This document shows positions 46,126 through 61,310 of a stretch of 64,000 nt of DNA, one piece after another; position 1 is the stretch's first letter; each line of letters starts with the position of its first letter. The notes beneath the pieces are model-generated. The model saw only the letters and a program-made list of their open reading frames with translations, did not search any database and was not told the origin of the DNA. A program made the position numbers and the translations under genes. Source of the DNA: Eledone cirrhosa (taxonomy: Eukaryota); NCBI GenBank assembly GCA_964016885.1, contig OZ024754.1, positions 27,466,001 to 27,530,000 on the forward strand, given 5' to 3'.

Positions 46126-49100
46126 GTAGTTTAGAATGCCACAACAATGCAGATGGGAAATCTCGAGGTAAGAAGTGAGTGAGAAATAGGAGAAAAGTGA
46201 AAATGAAAATGAAAACAAAACAAAGGTAGAAGGGTTACCGTAGAGGAGATTTAATCCCAATATTTCGGGCTCACGCCCATCAACGGGGGAAAAGTTCCAA
46301 AAGGGGGGGGGGGGGAACAGGCTAAGCCGGAGAAAGTTGTATTGTCGTTAAAACTTAGGAATGCCGTTATGGGGAAAATTCAAACGAGGGAAAGAATGCG
46401 CGTGCGCGTGATAGGCTGTGGCAAAAGCTACTGACCAATTGGGTTAAATCAAGAAGCAATGAGTGTGAAAGGTGGTAGGTTGTATAAACATGTGTGCGTG
46501 TATAAATATAGATGTGTGTGTGTATGTGTATGGGTATACATATAAGTGCGTGTGTGTGAAGGATAGTAGGCCGTAGGGGCTGTTACTAGTCACTATGTTT
46601 AAATTAGCCATATCAGCTCATTTCTCTCAGCCCGGTTGTTAACTGGGGGTCTGAGGTTCTTAATAACAAGTGTTTCCTTTATCCTTAAGGATCCGATGCT
46701 GCGTTCAGTCGCTAGGACTGTGACCAAGGGTCTGCCCTGTGGGTTTCCGCATTTAAGGATGTGTTTACGGAAGGAAGATGCGTTGGTGTTGACATGTTCC
46801 TTGATACGAACATGTAGAGGTCGGATGGTGCTACCTATGTAAAACTTGTTACATTTATCGCATTGAATCTTATATACGACATAGGTGCGTAGGCAATCTG
46901 CCCCCCGTATCGGGCAGTTGCTGAGGGAACACGTCCCATCTGACTCGTCGGGTTTGTTGGAGAGGCATCTTCGGAGCGAAGGTCCTGTGTGGGCCAAATG
47001 TATGTCAAGTCCCTCCCTCCGTATGGCCCTGCGGATGGCGTTCGTGGTATATTCACTCAGGTGGGGGATTTTAAAGAAGCACCTGCTTTTATCTAAGTTT
47101 CTAGTGGGTGTCTGTCTATTGGGTCTGGGGTCTCTAATTCCGTTAATCAGTCGCTTGGGATATCCATTAGACTTGAGTAGATTACGGAATTGCGTGGTAT
47201 GGGTTAGACCACCCATCGGGTCGCTGCATCTATTAGTGATCCGTGTAAGTTCATTTAGGACATAGCCTCTCTTAGCGTTGTTGGGGAGGGCTGAGTTGTA
47301 ATGCACAAATAAGTCCTTGCACGCTGCCTTGCGGTAGAAGGTGGTGTTTATGTCTCCTTCTTCCGAGATGTTGATACGGAAGTCGAGGAGGGCGAGTGAC
47401 CCGTCTTCTCCAGGGTGTTCGATGGTGAAATCGACGTGATGGTCAGTGTCGTTGAAGATTTGGTGAATTTCAATTCGCCATCTCCCGGGAAGAAGTGAGT
47501 ATCAGTATGTCATCGACGTATCTGGAGTAGAAGGCGACGGCGTTGGGTTGGCAGGTGTTGAGTGCCTTGCGTTCCAGGTGGTCCATGTATGAGATCGCAA
47601 GTATGCCGGACAGACTAGAGCCCATAGGTAGCCCAGAGATCTGTTTGTACGTGTGGCCGAGGAAATTGAAGAATGCATTATCCACAACGAAGGAGAGGAG
47701 TTGGTGGATGTCCGTGTGTGTGAGTCCGAAGCAGTGTAAGTTAGATGCTCGGACTCGTTCGGTCAACAGGTCGACGGCTGGGGATGCTGGCACGGAGGTA
47801 TAAAGGGCGATCACATCAAGACTGAAGGCATATCCGTTGTCCTTTCTGGTGTTGGGCGCCAGATGGTGTAGTCGCTCCAAGACCTCCTTTGAGCTGCAGA
47901 CGTGGGCTGGTAGTGTGTGTAGAATGGGTTTCAGTAGTGTGGAGAGCAGCCACGATATTTTGTAAAGTGGGCCCTCCACGCTAGAGACAATGGGCCTGAT
48001 TTTCAAATCGGGTCCTTGTTTATGGGTTTTCACCAGGTGGTAGAAGGTGGGTAGTTTGCTGTTTCGAGTCATTATGTTGTTTTTTACCTTCTTTGGCAGT
48101 TTTCGTTGGACACAGATGTTAGTCCATATGGTGTTAAAGCCTTCCTCTATTAGAGTCGAGGAGGTCCCTGTGACTTTCAAGTAGAGGCTGTCGTCATTAA
48201 GATGTTGGAGAGCTAAGTTGTTGTAGGTCTCTCTCGAGATGACACAGAATTCTTTCCCCTTGTCAGAGGGAAGGTAAACAAGGTTCCTGGATCTTAGGTT
48301 GGTGAGAGTATTAAATTGTGCATTGGTGAGGTTGCGTTTATTGTGTGTGTGTGTGTGTTGGGAAAGGATGTTAGAGATAGAATGTTTCAACCTGAGTAGT
48401 TTAGTGTCAAGTTCGTGGTTGGTGGGTGGGGGGTGGAGTGGGTTGTCGAGGTGGTACGTGGGGAGTGTGGGGTGGGTTATGGGGTTGTAATCGATCTCGG
48501 TGTTGTTTTGGATGGCGGTTAGCCATTTCAATTGATATGCTGTCCGACAGAAGTTGGTTTCGATGTCGAGTTTCAGTCTATCATCGAGACGCTGTGTAAT
48601 GATGAACTTGGGTCCGAGGCGCAGGAGTTCGAGTTCGTCGTTGGTGAGGGTACCGGTTAGGTCGGTAACGAGGTGTGAAGCATCGTTGGTAGGTAGATCG
48701 CTGTTGGTGGGTGTAGTGGAGGGTGTTGTATCGCTGTTGCCCCTGGTGTGGTTGTAGTCGGTCCGTCTGTGGGAGCGGATGTTGTCAATGTAGTATTTGT
48801 TTACAGTCCATTCGTATTTCCGTATAAGGCGCTGTTTATCGTATTTGACTCTGGTGTGGTAACACTGATCGATAGCTTCGCGTATTTTCTGGACCTGGTG
48901 GTCAGGGGTGAGGGTTGGAGCTATACGATCTATGTGCTCGGAGAGCGTTTGTATATGGAGTCGCAGTTGATGGTGGTTATGTCGTAGTATTTTCTTGATA
49001 AACGTGCTTTGAATGTGGCGGATGGTGTTTTCGAAGGATGGTAATCGTAAACATTCGGGTAAATGTATATTCCTGATGGTGGTTGGAATGATGTTGTTCT

Positions 49101-49844
49101 TTAGGCAGCGTTTTAAGAAGGTAATTTGGCAACCGATTGGCACGATTCTCTGATAGTCTGAATAGGTCCCTTATGGGTGCAAACAAGTCCTGGCTCAGGT
49201 GTAATGATAAGAGGGTGTTAAAGTTTGCTTGAAGCATTGTGAAATGTGTAAAATATGTAGTTTAGAAAGCCACAACAATGCAGATGGGAAATCTCGAGGT
49301 AAGAAGTGAGTGAGAAATAGGAGAAAAGTGAAAATGAAAATGAAAACAAAACAAAGGTAGAAGGGTTACCGTAGAGGAGATTTAATCCCAATATTTCGGG
49401 CTCACGCCCATCAACGGGGGAAAAGTTCCAAAAGGGGGGGAACAGGCTAAGCCGGAGAAAGTTGTAATGTCGTTAAAACTTAGGAATGCCGTTATGGGGA
49501 AAATTCAAACGAGGGAAAGAATGCGCGGGCGCGTGATAGGCTGTGGCAAAAGCTGCTGACCAATTGGGTTAAATCAATAGGGTGCGCTAGCGTGTGAAAG
49601 CCGTAAAATATGTGTGTGTAAATATATATGTGTGTGTAACTGTGTGTGTATATGTGTATGTGTGTATGTATGTGAGTGTGTGTGTGTGAAAGATAGTGGG
49701 CCGTAGAAGCTGGAAAACAAAGAGTGTGAAAGGTGGTAGGTTGTATAAATATGTGTGCGTGTATAATTATAGATGTGTGTGTGTATGTGTATGGGTATAC
49801 ATATAAGTGCGTGTGTGTGAAGGATAGTAGGCCGTAGGGGCTGT

Positions 49845-49848
<4 letters not shown>
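46118..49848 (-). mobile_element. Near-full-length PLE with direct pseudo-LTRs (Nematis/Poseidon-like)
   Basis: 5' pLTR 49249-49848, 3' pLTR 46118-46598 (internal deletion), single RT-GIY frame, (TA)n on both flanks. Confidence 0.92.
46599..49237 (-). pseudogene. PLE polyprotein (~880 aa), RT + GIY-YIG, frameshifts at ~49138 and ~47471
   Basis: MLQANF..; FLKRC; LGPKF; SDKG; KTHK..IRPIVS; FSLDVIALYT; GLPMGS; RYVDD; LALLD; FYRK..HYNSA; VVYKIQCDKC..YIGST..RIKEH. Confidence 0.92.
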
Positions 49849-49887
<39 letters not shown>

Positions 49888-49916
49888 CTATATATATATA
49901 TATATATATATATAGT

Positions 49917-49988
<72 letters not shown>

Positions 49989-50002
49989 TATAATATATAT
50001 AT

Positions 50003-50228
50003 ATAGTAATAGTAATAAATTGAAGAGTAAAATCCAAAGAGGGCTCGATAAGGATAAATATATATCAATCCACGACGCAAAGTATCGTCTTCCTGTCTTC
50101 CTTCGGTTGCAACTTTTTTCGAAATATTTACTTCTGCGTTCACAGATTGATTTTTTTACTTTCAGGAGATCCCGTTAAGGGGGAAAGCAGCGATTCTTAG
50201 CTTAAACTTTAATCTGTTATCTTAATAT
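50003..50228. mobile_element. PLE-type terminal fragment (5357 family), tail joined to inverted arm
   Basis: Homology to 5357-5505 and 39295-39364. Confidence 0.6.
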
Positions 50229-50233
50229 ATATA

Positions 50234-50336
<103 letters not shown>

Positions 50337-50723
50337 ACGCACGTGTATATATATATATATATACATGCATGTGTGTGTGCGCGAGAGTTTGAGAAAGGAT
50401 GCTGTATAATATCCTTCGATACGGTCCAGATTTGTTATTTAACCTGATTGTATTTTCGTTGTTGTGGTGGCTTCTGTGGCCTTGTTCCCCTTACCACAGT
50501 TTCAATTTGTTACACCATTTAACGTATGTTTATTACTCTAAGATGTAACTTATCGATTTATTGATATCTTCTTATTGTGTGCTTCGTGCGAAGCTTCCGA
50601 ATATTGTTGTTTTTTCGAGGATGATAACCGAGCGCCACAACTTCGATTTTATTCACTTATATATACTCTTTTACTCTTTTACCTGTTCCAGCCGTCAGGC
50701 TGAGGCCATGCTGGGCCGACACC

Positions 50724-50759
<36 letters not shown>

Positions 50760-51087
50760 GATATTAATAAATGGAAACTATATTTATAAAACCATATTTA
50801 TTTCATTATATATATTTCAGGGATACCAAATTAAATTATGGTATGCCTTCATCAGACAAAATACAATATATAACAGTTTTACAAATAAGCTTTGACGTAC
50901 CCTTTTAAAATGCAACCATTATTTTTGGAAGCCATCCGGATAGTGAGTTGTTTATATTATTTTAATAAGTCATAGTGTTAAGGACAATTGGAAAAAGACG
51001 GAGAGAAAGAAAAAGACGCAGAGAGAGAAAGAAAAAAAAACGTGGAGAAATATCGGAGAGAGAGAAATGCATGGAGAAAAAATAAAG

Positions 51088-52629
51088 ATTTATCTTACTT
51101 AAAATTATGGAAAGGGACTAGTGAGGTTATCGATTGGTTTAAAGGAATTAAATATAACTATAATAATAAGTTTATTCAGCTGGATATTGCTAACTACTAT
51201 TCATCTATCACTCCTAATCTACTGAATAAGGCACTAAATTACGCATTTAAACATACAGACCTAACTAGCAATGAAATGCACATTATATTATCGACAAGGA
51301 AAACATTGAGAGAATTTAATAACCAACTCTGGACTAGGGCAGATAGAAATAATAATTTCGACATAACTATGGGATCATCAGACTCAGCTCAGTTAACGGA
51401 CCTTGTGGGCCTATTTATAATTAATTCGCTACATAGAAAAATACCAGGTGTAACCAGAGGCTTATATCGTGATGACACGCTTTTACTTATACAAAATAAT
51501 AGCTGTGAACTAAATAGAAAAAGAAAACAAATTATACAATTTTTTAATTACCTTAATCTAAAAATAGAAATAGAGAATAACCATAAAATAGTCAATTTTC
51601 TTGACGTAACACTAAATCTCAACACATGTCTTCATTATCCATTTCACAAACTAAATGAGAACTTGAATTATGTTAATTTTAACTCTAATCACCCCAGATC
51701 TGTTAAAAATACTATAGTGAACTCTGTTCAAGAAAGAATTTCAAGAATTTCATCTAATAAAAATATATTTGATGAAAAAGCGCAGTATTACAACGAAGCG
51801 TTAGGTAGAGCTGGATATATAAATAAAATTAAATACATTGATAATAATAATAATAATAAGCAAACTAACCAAAATAATAACAATTTTAATTATGGTAACA
51901 ACTTTAATAACTATAATAGAAAACATTACAATAATTCCAAAAGCCGAAAAAGAAATAGAACTAGAAATATATTATGGTTTGCTCCCCCTTTCTCACTAAA
52001 TATTACTAAACTATTCTTTAAAGCTCTTGACAAACGCTTCCCTAGAACACATAAATATTACTCAATTTTTAATAGACACTATAAAATTAACTTACTCGTC
52101 CACCAAAAATTTAGCACAAAATATTAATAGAATTAATAATAGAAATTTAAAACCTAACCAAAATACCAATAATAACCCAAGCAATATTCAATTGAATAAC
52201 TGTAACTGTAGAAATAAATCTAACTGTCCGTTAAATAACAACTGCTTAGCTAAAAATGTAGTGTACAATTGTAATGTTAAAACTAATTTAAATTCATTTA
52301 ACTATGTTGGTTCTACCTCTACAGAATTTAAATTTCGCTTCAATAATCATAATAATTACTTCACAGATCCAAACAAAAAATCTTTAACTTCGCTATCTAG
52401 CCTACTATGGGACCTAAAACGAGATAATGTTAAATATTCGATGACTTGGAATATTATTTCATAAGCTACTCCTTTTAATTCCTCTTCAGAAAATTGTGAT
52501 CTTTGTATTGAAGAAATATTCTTTATATTAAAGTCCAAAAATTCCCTTAATTTAAGGAACAATTTATTCAGTTGCTGCAGACATAGATTGAACTCAACGT
52601 TTAAATATAAATATAAATTTAAAATGTAG
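51088..52629 (+). pseudogene. Naiad-like RT + GIY-YIG, frameshift at ~52075 and TAA at 52462
   Basis: FIQLDIANYY, FDITMGS, GLYRDD, NFLDVT, SNHP, WFAPPFS, CNCR..CPL, YVGST, CDLCIEE, CCRH. Confidence 0.9.
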
Positions 52630-54339
52630 TATAATTAATTAAGTAATTTAGTTAATATATGAAACCTGTCGATAAATCATTAGATTCCTTCACCTTTTTC
52701 TTTTTAAACTTTCTTCCTAAATATAAACATAGATATAATAAACTACTCTAAAATGTCTATACTTCCAATGTCTTAAATAAAATATACGTAAGATAAATGT
52801 CTATACTAAATATAAGGATATCTGTAGAATCCTTGAGTTTTTTTAAATCTTTTAAACTTTTAAATTTTTAAATTTTTTAAACTTTTTTAAATTTTTTAAA
52901 TTTTTAAATTTTTAAATTTTTAAATTATATTGATATAATATTTATTTAACTTTTATTTTTATTTTTATTTTTATTTATTTTTATTAGTTTTGTTTTGATT
53001 CTGATAGCTTCTCATAATTGTCATAAGTCTACCCTTTCAATATCTTGATTGAAATATACGTAGGATAAATTTCTATACTAAATATATGAAACATATTATT
53101 TTAACTTAAGATACTCTATAGTGTTTTAAAGATATTTAATGCTTTGATATTTCTAGAATTCGTTTGTCCTTTTGACTATACTGATATAATTGTATTTCCA
53201 AAATATAATCCTTTGGTATTTTAAATTTATATTGTTATAATTATATTTCCAAAGTATAATCCTTAGTAATATATAGATATTTGATTATCTCTATACAAAT
53301 GTGTATGTGTGTATTAACATGCATATAAAAGTGTTATAGGTTTTTTATGATTGTATATATGTCTGTATGTATACATGAGCGATGCGGGAAGACGCACGCA
53401 AATATTTATTTATACATATATATGTGTATATGTATATATGTATATGTATGTGTGTGGGTAAGAGATATGTTACCTAACCACGCAGTTTTGATTGCAGATA
53501 TGCATAATTTTAACAGAATGTTAAATGCATGAATGGTAATCGTATATATGAGGACATGAATGTTAATCGTATATATTTATGTATATATACTGTGAACTTT
53601 TTATAACACAAGGAATGTATAGCAGTGATTAAGAGAAATCGTCTGCGTTTGGTATGTCTATATTGTTGACTTGAGTAAATATAATTTCTATTTTCAGGAC
53701 GTGCGTATATATATATATATATATATTTGTGTGTCTTTGCCTAAGATACTGATTTCTCTAGCAATGTGTACATTTTGGATGTTTAAACCCAAATTTTGGT
53801 ATATTGATCTCAAGTTTTAAACTAAACATATAGTCATTATTAAACAATGTTTAATTTCTCATATTATATATTTATGTCCCATTCATGAATATTAATATTT
53901 ATATTTTTATTATTCATTTCATATAAATTGTTAACTCAACTTAATATGACATGACGTAAAGTTTTCATTATCTCCCCCTCTCTCTATATAATATTTCTCT
54001 CTCTTGAGTTTTTCTATCTGTCTGATGACTTAATATCTCTCTGTTGCTTTCCTCTGGTTTTCTTATTTCTTCCCTTTTTCTTTTTTCTTTCTTTCCTCCT
54101 GTCTTTATTTATCTCTTTCTTTTTTCTCCATGCATTTCTCTCTCTCCGATATTTCTCCACGTTTTTTTTTCTTTCTCTCCCTCCGTCTTTTTCTTTCTCT
54201 CCGTCTTTTTCCAATTGTCCTTAACACTATGACTTATTAAAATAATATAAACAACTCACTATCCGGATGGCTTCCAAAAATAATGGTTGCATTTTAAAAG
54301 GGTACGTCAAAGCTTATTTGTAAAACTGTTATATATTGT

Positions 54340-54402
54340 ATTTTGTCTGATGAAGGCATACCATAATTTAATTTGGTATCCCTGAAATATGTATAATGAA
54401 AT
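54340..54402 (+). ncRNA. Type I hammerhead ribozyme (mirror copy at 50800-50862, minus)
   Basis: Same motif as 4238-4300; the mirror copy has a fully palindromic ATATATAT stem III. Confidence 0.78.
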
Positions 54403-55222
54403 AAATATGGTTTTATAAATATAGTTTCCATTTATTAATATCGTATATCTACTCCAAATACTTGTCGAGTGCTTTATATCAGTTATAAAAATATTTACTT
54501 GTTGTATCCCAACAATTTTAAATAGAACTTTTGCATATATATATATATATATCTATATCTATATATATATATCGGCGAACACATATGGAAGACACTGCTC
54601 TCTAAACCTACCAGTTGCACTCTTTCTTCTCTAACAATAATATCATTTGCTGATATATGAAACTACATTGCACACAGCTGCACTCCACTAATGTATTAAT
54701 CAATGTATGGCACATGAGAGATGCGCATACATGTGCTAATAACCTTTGGAATATCCACCTTTTCCTTCAGTCTTCACAAATGAAATCTTCATAGACGCCA
54801 ATCTCCCTTTCTTTCCATTTCTACACCGCCTAATTGCACAAACTTGTACTTTAATTCATTGTTATTAACCTCTCTTATTTCGTTTTTGCCCTGTTCTTTT
54901 TCGAGTTTTTCTTATCGTACTAATATATACTTTATAATGCTAGAGCGAAGCTAGATAACAAACACTACTATACAGTAGAGTTTTTTTACAGAAGAAATTC
55001 CATAATCAAACATAATTACCATATATACGTGTAAGTATTTATGGGTGACTATCTCTCTTTATTTCTCTCTCTCTCTATATATATATATATATGTGTGTGT
55101 GCGTGTGTGTGTGAGTGTATGTGTGTGTGTGAGTGTATGTGTTTATTCATATATATCTACATATATATATACATACATATATATATACATATATGAATAT
55201 ATACACATAAATATATACGTAA

Positions 55223-55253
<31 letters not shown>

Positions 55254-55732
55254 GGTATATATAATATATACACGATAACAAAGGTAAAAAATCCCAAACA
55301 TCATGCGAACAACAATTTTCGGCAAAATAATTAGTACTAATAGTATTAGTATTTCTTCTTTAATTTTCTCATTACCGTTAGTTCTTTCTATATTGTATTC
55401 CAATTATTATTATTATCATTATTATTTACTTATAGCAATTTCATTTTATAAATTACTCATAATTTGCGTTATTACAACTGTTGATTCATTATCTTATCGA
55501 CGCCTTATATCGATTTCTGTTCTGTTGAAGCAGCAAATCTTTCAATCAATTCTAAATGAGAAAATGAAGACCTTGTTTATAAATGACTAGATTGATGCAT
55601 GTATATAGGCATATATGTGTATGTATGTATATATATATGAATATATATACATATGTGTATATATATATATACATATATAAATATAAATACATATATCTTT
55701 ATATATATATATATAGAGAGAGAGAGAGATAT

Positions 55733-55995
55733 AATAAATGTAATCTGAGTTTTTCGAATATTAATAATAAGATTCGATTCGTTTGCAATTATGCAAAGAA
55801 GCCTCAATTTTATAGCCATGTCAGTAGAATGGACCCTTCATTCTTGCTCTTGTGTTGGCATGCGAACAGAACTGCAGACACTAATGTTTCTGGCTTGTTT
55901 GTATAGTTGCAGACGAATCGAATGTTATTATTAATATTCGAAAAACTCAGATTACATTTATTGTATTCAGGCATGTAGAGCGAAATTTTCTTTCA
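55733..55995 (+). mobile_element. Fold-back PLE-type remnant (family of 61305-61650)
   Basis: Arms 55733-55790 and 55905-55962; ~33-nt tail. Confidence 0.7.
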
Positions 55996-56010
55996 TATAT
56001 ATATATATAT

Positions 56011-56702
56011 ATTAGAATTGGTGCTCTGAAATAGTGATGTATATATGAATGTATATATAGTGTATTTGGTAATACACTGTATGCTTAATTAAAAGCATTT
56101 TGAAGACCTTACGCTACTGTTTTAAAGTAGTGACTATGTCACTTACTTCTTTTTTCAACAAACAAAGGGAGATAAGCTGACAGATCTCTGTTTCATAATG
56201 TTGGTATACCTCAGTATACCCTTGTCTGTTGAAAATTATGAATGTTGGATTCTTATAGAATTCCAGTAATAATCTGGAACTGATTATACAGAGCGGTTGC
56301 CGGTCCAGCAAAAATTGAAAATTAGAATTGGTGCTCTGAAATAGCGCTGTATATATGAATGTATATATAGTGTATTTGGCAATACACTGTATGCTTAATT
56401 AAAAGTATTTTGAAGATTCTAATTTTCAATTTTTGCTGGACCGGCAACCGCTCTGTATAATCAGTTCCTGATTATTGCTGGAATCCTATAAGAATCGGAC
56501 ATTCATAATTTTCAACAGACAAGGGGAGTGCTAAGCTCTGAGGTATACCAACATTATGAAACAGAGATCTGTCAGCTTATCTCCATTTGTTTGTTGAAAA
56601 AAGAAGTAAGTGTCATAGTCACTACTTTAAAACAATAGCGTAAGGTCTTCAAAATGCTTTTAATTAAGCATACAGTGTATTACCAAATACACTATATATA
56701 CA

Positions 56703-56708
<6 letters not shown>
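56011..56708. mobile_element. 310-bp-unit retrozyme-like element: 1.3 units plus inverted unit, in (TA)n
   Basis: Repeat starts at 56011 and 56321; inversion at ~56416; HHR-like motif at 56532-56579. Confidence 0.7.
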
Positions 56709-56744
<36 letters not shown>

Positions 56745-56751
<7 letters not shown>

Positions 56752-57403
56752 ACTAGAAATTGATTGACATATATATACATCTAACATAAACATATGAAAC
56801 AATCATAGGGAATAATTTGTAAAAGTGTGTAAGCACACATAGCTATGTAGGTAACTAATTAAAGTTTAACTAGAACTTTAAAAATAGATACCTTATAAAT
56901 GGATTAATCTTTCTTGTATATATTATAGAAATATGTATACATTAAAGAAATATATTTAACCATCAATTTTGGATATATATACGGCCCCTTAATTGTTGAG
57001 CTAACTCAGTTGAAAGGACTCGACTGCTATTTCTAGTTGTCGATAACCCTATTCACGCCACTGAGATGAAGCTGGCACAATGTGTGTATTTTTGAAAAGT
57101 GCAACACGTGCTAATAGTCATTCGCAGATTTGAATTTGCTGTGTAAACACAGATAGTTAAGTCTTCTTCCTTGTTGAAAATCCGAATTTGGCTACTGTGG
57201 TTTACCGAACGATTGATGGTTAAATATATTGTGCTTACACACTGTTACAAATTATTCCCTGTGATTGTTACATATGTTTATGTTAGATATATATATATGT
57301 CAATCAATTTCTAGTTGATATAAAATGCTCGGATCTATACATTGGAATTTTGGAGCATATTCTACAGTGGAAATGATGCATGTCTCTCTGACATGACACC
57401 ATT
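56745..57403 (+). mobile_element. Fold-back PLE-type insertion with ~90-bp arms and ~80-nt tail
   Basis: 56745-56837 vs 57230-57322. Confidence 0.6.
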
Positions 57404-57417
57404 AATTTAATTTAATT

Positions 57418-57606
57418 TAGGCGGTGGATTGGCAGTATTGGTAGAGGGTCGGACACCATGCTTTGTAGCATAGAGTTACCTCCCTTTATGATCTGAGTTC
57501 AAATCCCGCCGAGGTTAACTTTACCTTTCATCCTTACGGGGTCGATAAAATAAAGTACCAGTAATGCACTGGGTAATTTATGGCCTTGTGCCAAAAGTAG
57601 AAACAA
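57418..57606 (+). mobile_element. Full-length Nin-type tRNA SINE
   Basis: Highly similar to 2818-3005; ATTAATTTAA flanks. Confidence 0.88.
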
Positions 57607-57628
57607 TTAATTTAACTTAATTTAATTT

Positions 57629-57724
<96 letters not shown>

Positions 57725-57745
57725 GTGTGAGACAGAGAGAGAAAG

Positions 57746-57801
<56 letters not shown>

Positions 57802-58901
57802 AATAACAAATATCACAGGGAGGAATTAGTGTGCACCAGGTTTAGTTAATATATAATTCAAATAGAATGTAGGACAAAACTATTCTATTCATCAGCTACT
57901 CTTGACGGCCGATCTCAGTTTTTTCCTGGTAAAACTAGGATACCTCATTTACTTTCCGTTACTACTTTTGCCATCACGGATGCAAGCACGGCATTTCTGA
58001 ACCGTACAGTTTTCTCTCCATTAGTTAATCTTTTTACTGCAAAATTTCCGTATGTGAATGGCTTTATTTCAAGCACACACACACATGTATGTATAGGATT
58101 AGCAAGAATCATGAAAGAAAAGTAACCAAGAAATTGTTCCTTGAAAGAAATCTGTACACTTCGGAAATATCGTGCTGACAACTGTGTTGACAAAAGAAAT
58201 TTATTTACGAATATATCCTTGATGTATCGGAAACTGTACTCATGGTTAATATATCTATCGTATAGTCTATTATTATCAAAAAGCACCGAAATTATTTACC
58301 TGAAACAAACAGACAGATAAATAAACAGATGGATAAATACATTTACTTGTTTGAGAGTCAATGAAGCAACATACACAGGAATATACACGATGTTAAGATA
58401 GAAAGAAAAGAAACAAACTTGAAAGTTTTGTAATTTCTAGTGCTGAGACAAAAGAACAAATAAAATAAAATAAACAGAAAGAGATTCGGCGGATATATGA
58501 ATGCCGCCATGTTATCGTATACTTGTACAATACAATAGATGAAGAAAAAAAAGACTCGGTTCGCAGATATCTATATCAAATCTCTCCAGAACAGTTGTTT
58601 TCGTTTTTGATGTATTTTGTTTAAACATATGTAAACTCTGTGTCAAGCCTATCGCTATATCAGCCTAGCTACCTCACTGTAATAATATATTAGCGCATAA
58701 AACGTTTATTCTTTTACTGATTTCATGCATCAGATATTTGCCATGCTGGGGCACCACAGTTTGTTCATTTTTATCTAGCCTGTTAATTATCCAGCAATGG
58801 TCTTGGTATTTTCGCTCCGCGATTCGTATTTCCACGCCAGATTTACATTGGAGTATTATGGTGGAGCGAGACGACATTTTGTATGTCAATATAAATTCAT
58901 T

Positions 58902-59807
<906 letters not shown>

Positions 59808-59815
<8 letters not shown>

Positions 59816-59997
59816 AGATCAAAAGATGGTTAAAGGAGTTCAATATATTTTATTATGCGCATAATAAAATATATTGAACTCCTTTAACCATCTTTTGATC
59901 TTATATTATGCATACTCCAGTCCCACAAACTGTAGAGTGCTTCTTATCCGATATCTGCATTGCTTTATTGTACTACAATAAAACTCACCTCCTACAT
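59808..59997 (+). mobile_element. Perfect palindrome centred on the HHR stem III (TGC|GCA) plus 88-nt tail
   Basis: Centre 59858/59859; same family as 43156-45380. Confidence 0.85.
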
Positions 59998-60014
59998 ATA
60001 TATATATATATATA

Positions 60015-60900
60015 CATGGAAAGTTATATTTAAATTGTTGGGTTAACAACGAGTAAATATTTATAACTGATATAAAAGCACTCAACAAGTATTTGGAGTA
60101 TATTTATGATATTAAATAAATGGAAACTATATTTATAAAACCATATTTATTTCGTTATATATATTTCAGGGATATCATATTAACAATATGTTATGCCTTC
60201 TTCAGATAAAATACAATATAAACAGTCTTATAAATAAATAGATACGACATACCTTTCAATCACCTTGCATTTTTGAGGTTGATTTGGCAGTAAAAAATAT
60301 TGTGGACAGTTGTAAAAAGAAAGAGATAAAGAGAGAAAGAAAGAGAAACGAAAAAGAAGAAATGCATGTGACTAAATAGAGAGATATAGAAAGATAGATA
60401 AAGAGAAGAACTTCATGTAAAGAAACAGAGAGAAATATATATAGAGAGGAAAAAAAAAAAGAAAGAGATAGATAGAGATAGATAGAGAAACTAGGAAGTT
60501 GGGTATCGGTTGATACATTTATTTATTTATTTATTTATTTATTTAGCTCTAGTATTAATGTAAAGAGAGATGTATGTAGTTAAGAGAGAAAATAGCCGTT
60601 ATATAGAGAGAAAAAAAAGAGAAAATGAAAAAGAGAAAATGAAACATAGCCAGACATAAACGATGCAGAATTTAAAACCGCTATGTTTTATCCGTAGAAA
60701 ATATTAGTTCGTATAAAACAGGCATTATAATGGAAATACCAGTATTCATGAATGAGACATGTATCTATAATGTGTGAAAAGTAATGATCTTATGTCTAGT
60801 TTTTAAAAATTCATATGTTTATATCATAATTATAAACAAACTCCCAATTCACACGAAAACATTCTCATTGTGCTATAAAAATTCAAGTATACATATATGT
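60015..60900 (-). mobile_element. Diverged 3' UTR/pLTR of the 50755 Naiad-like family, with HHR at 60149-60212
   Basis: CTGAAGA-AGGCATAACATA..TATGATATCCCT-GAAA-TATATA-TA|ACGAAAT; the inner boundary is approximate. Confidence 0.65.
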
Positions 60901-61074
60901 GTGTATATATACACATATATATAGAGTCTATATTAATTTTAACAATACTATTCTTGTCTTTATTCTACATGATTGTCGATCAAGCAGAAATAGAGAACAG
61001 ATTTCAATATATTAATAAAAATAAAAATAAATAAAAATATCAGAGACAAGAAGATATATATATATATATATATA

Positions 61075-61174
61075 CAGGGTGTCCCCCAAAAATGTATACA
61101 TAATTTGATTGCCTGGAAAGGCAATATTTATTGGAATGCTGTTGAAGTGTGTATACCTTTTTCGGGGCACCCTG
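61075..61174. mobile_element. Tc1/mariner-type MITE (100 bp)
   Basis: TIRs CAGGGTGTCCC / GGGGCACCCTG flanked by TA. Confidence 0.8.
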
Positions 61175-61272
61175 TATATATATATAGTGAAAATTGGAAC
61201 GGGAACGAAAACAGAGAAGCAGTACAAACAAAGGTTTATTAGTTTCACATATATATATGAGCGATACATTTT

Positions 61273-61310
<38 letters not shown>

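Larger units (their letters stand above)
50755..54535 (+). mobile_element. 5'-truncated Naiad-like PLE with 5' inverted pLTR, long 3' UTR, HHR and tail
   Basis: 50755-51086 reverse-complements 54117-54447; HHRs at 50800-50862 (-) and 54340-54402 (+); TA flanks. Confidence 0.9.

Noticed and set aside
47465-47475. Programmed readthrough or frameshift at the TGA between RT and GIY-YIG
   Set aside because: A single extra T explains it (AAT[T]GAA); it is mid-RT with no slippery site
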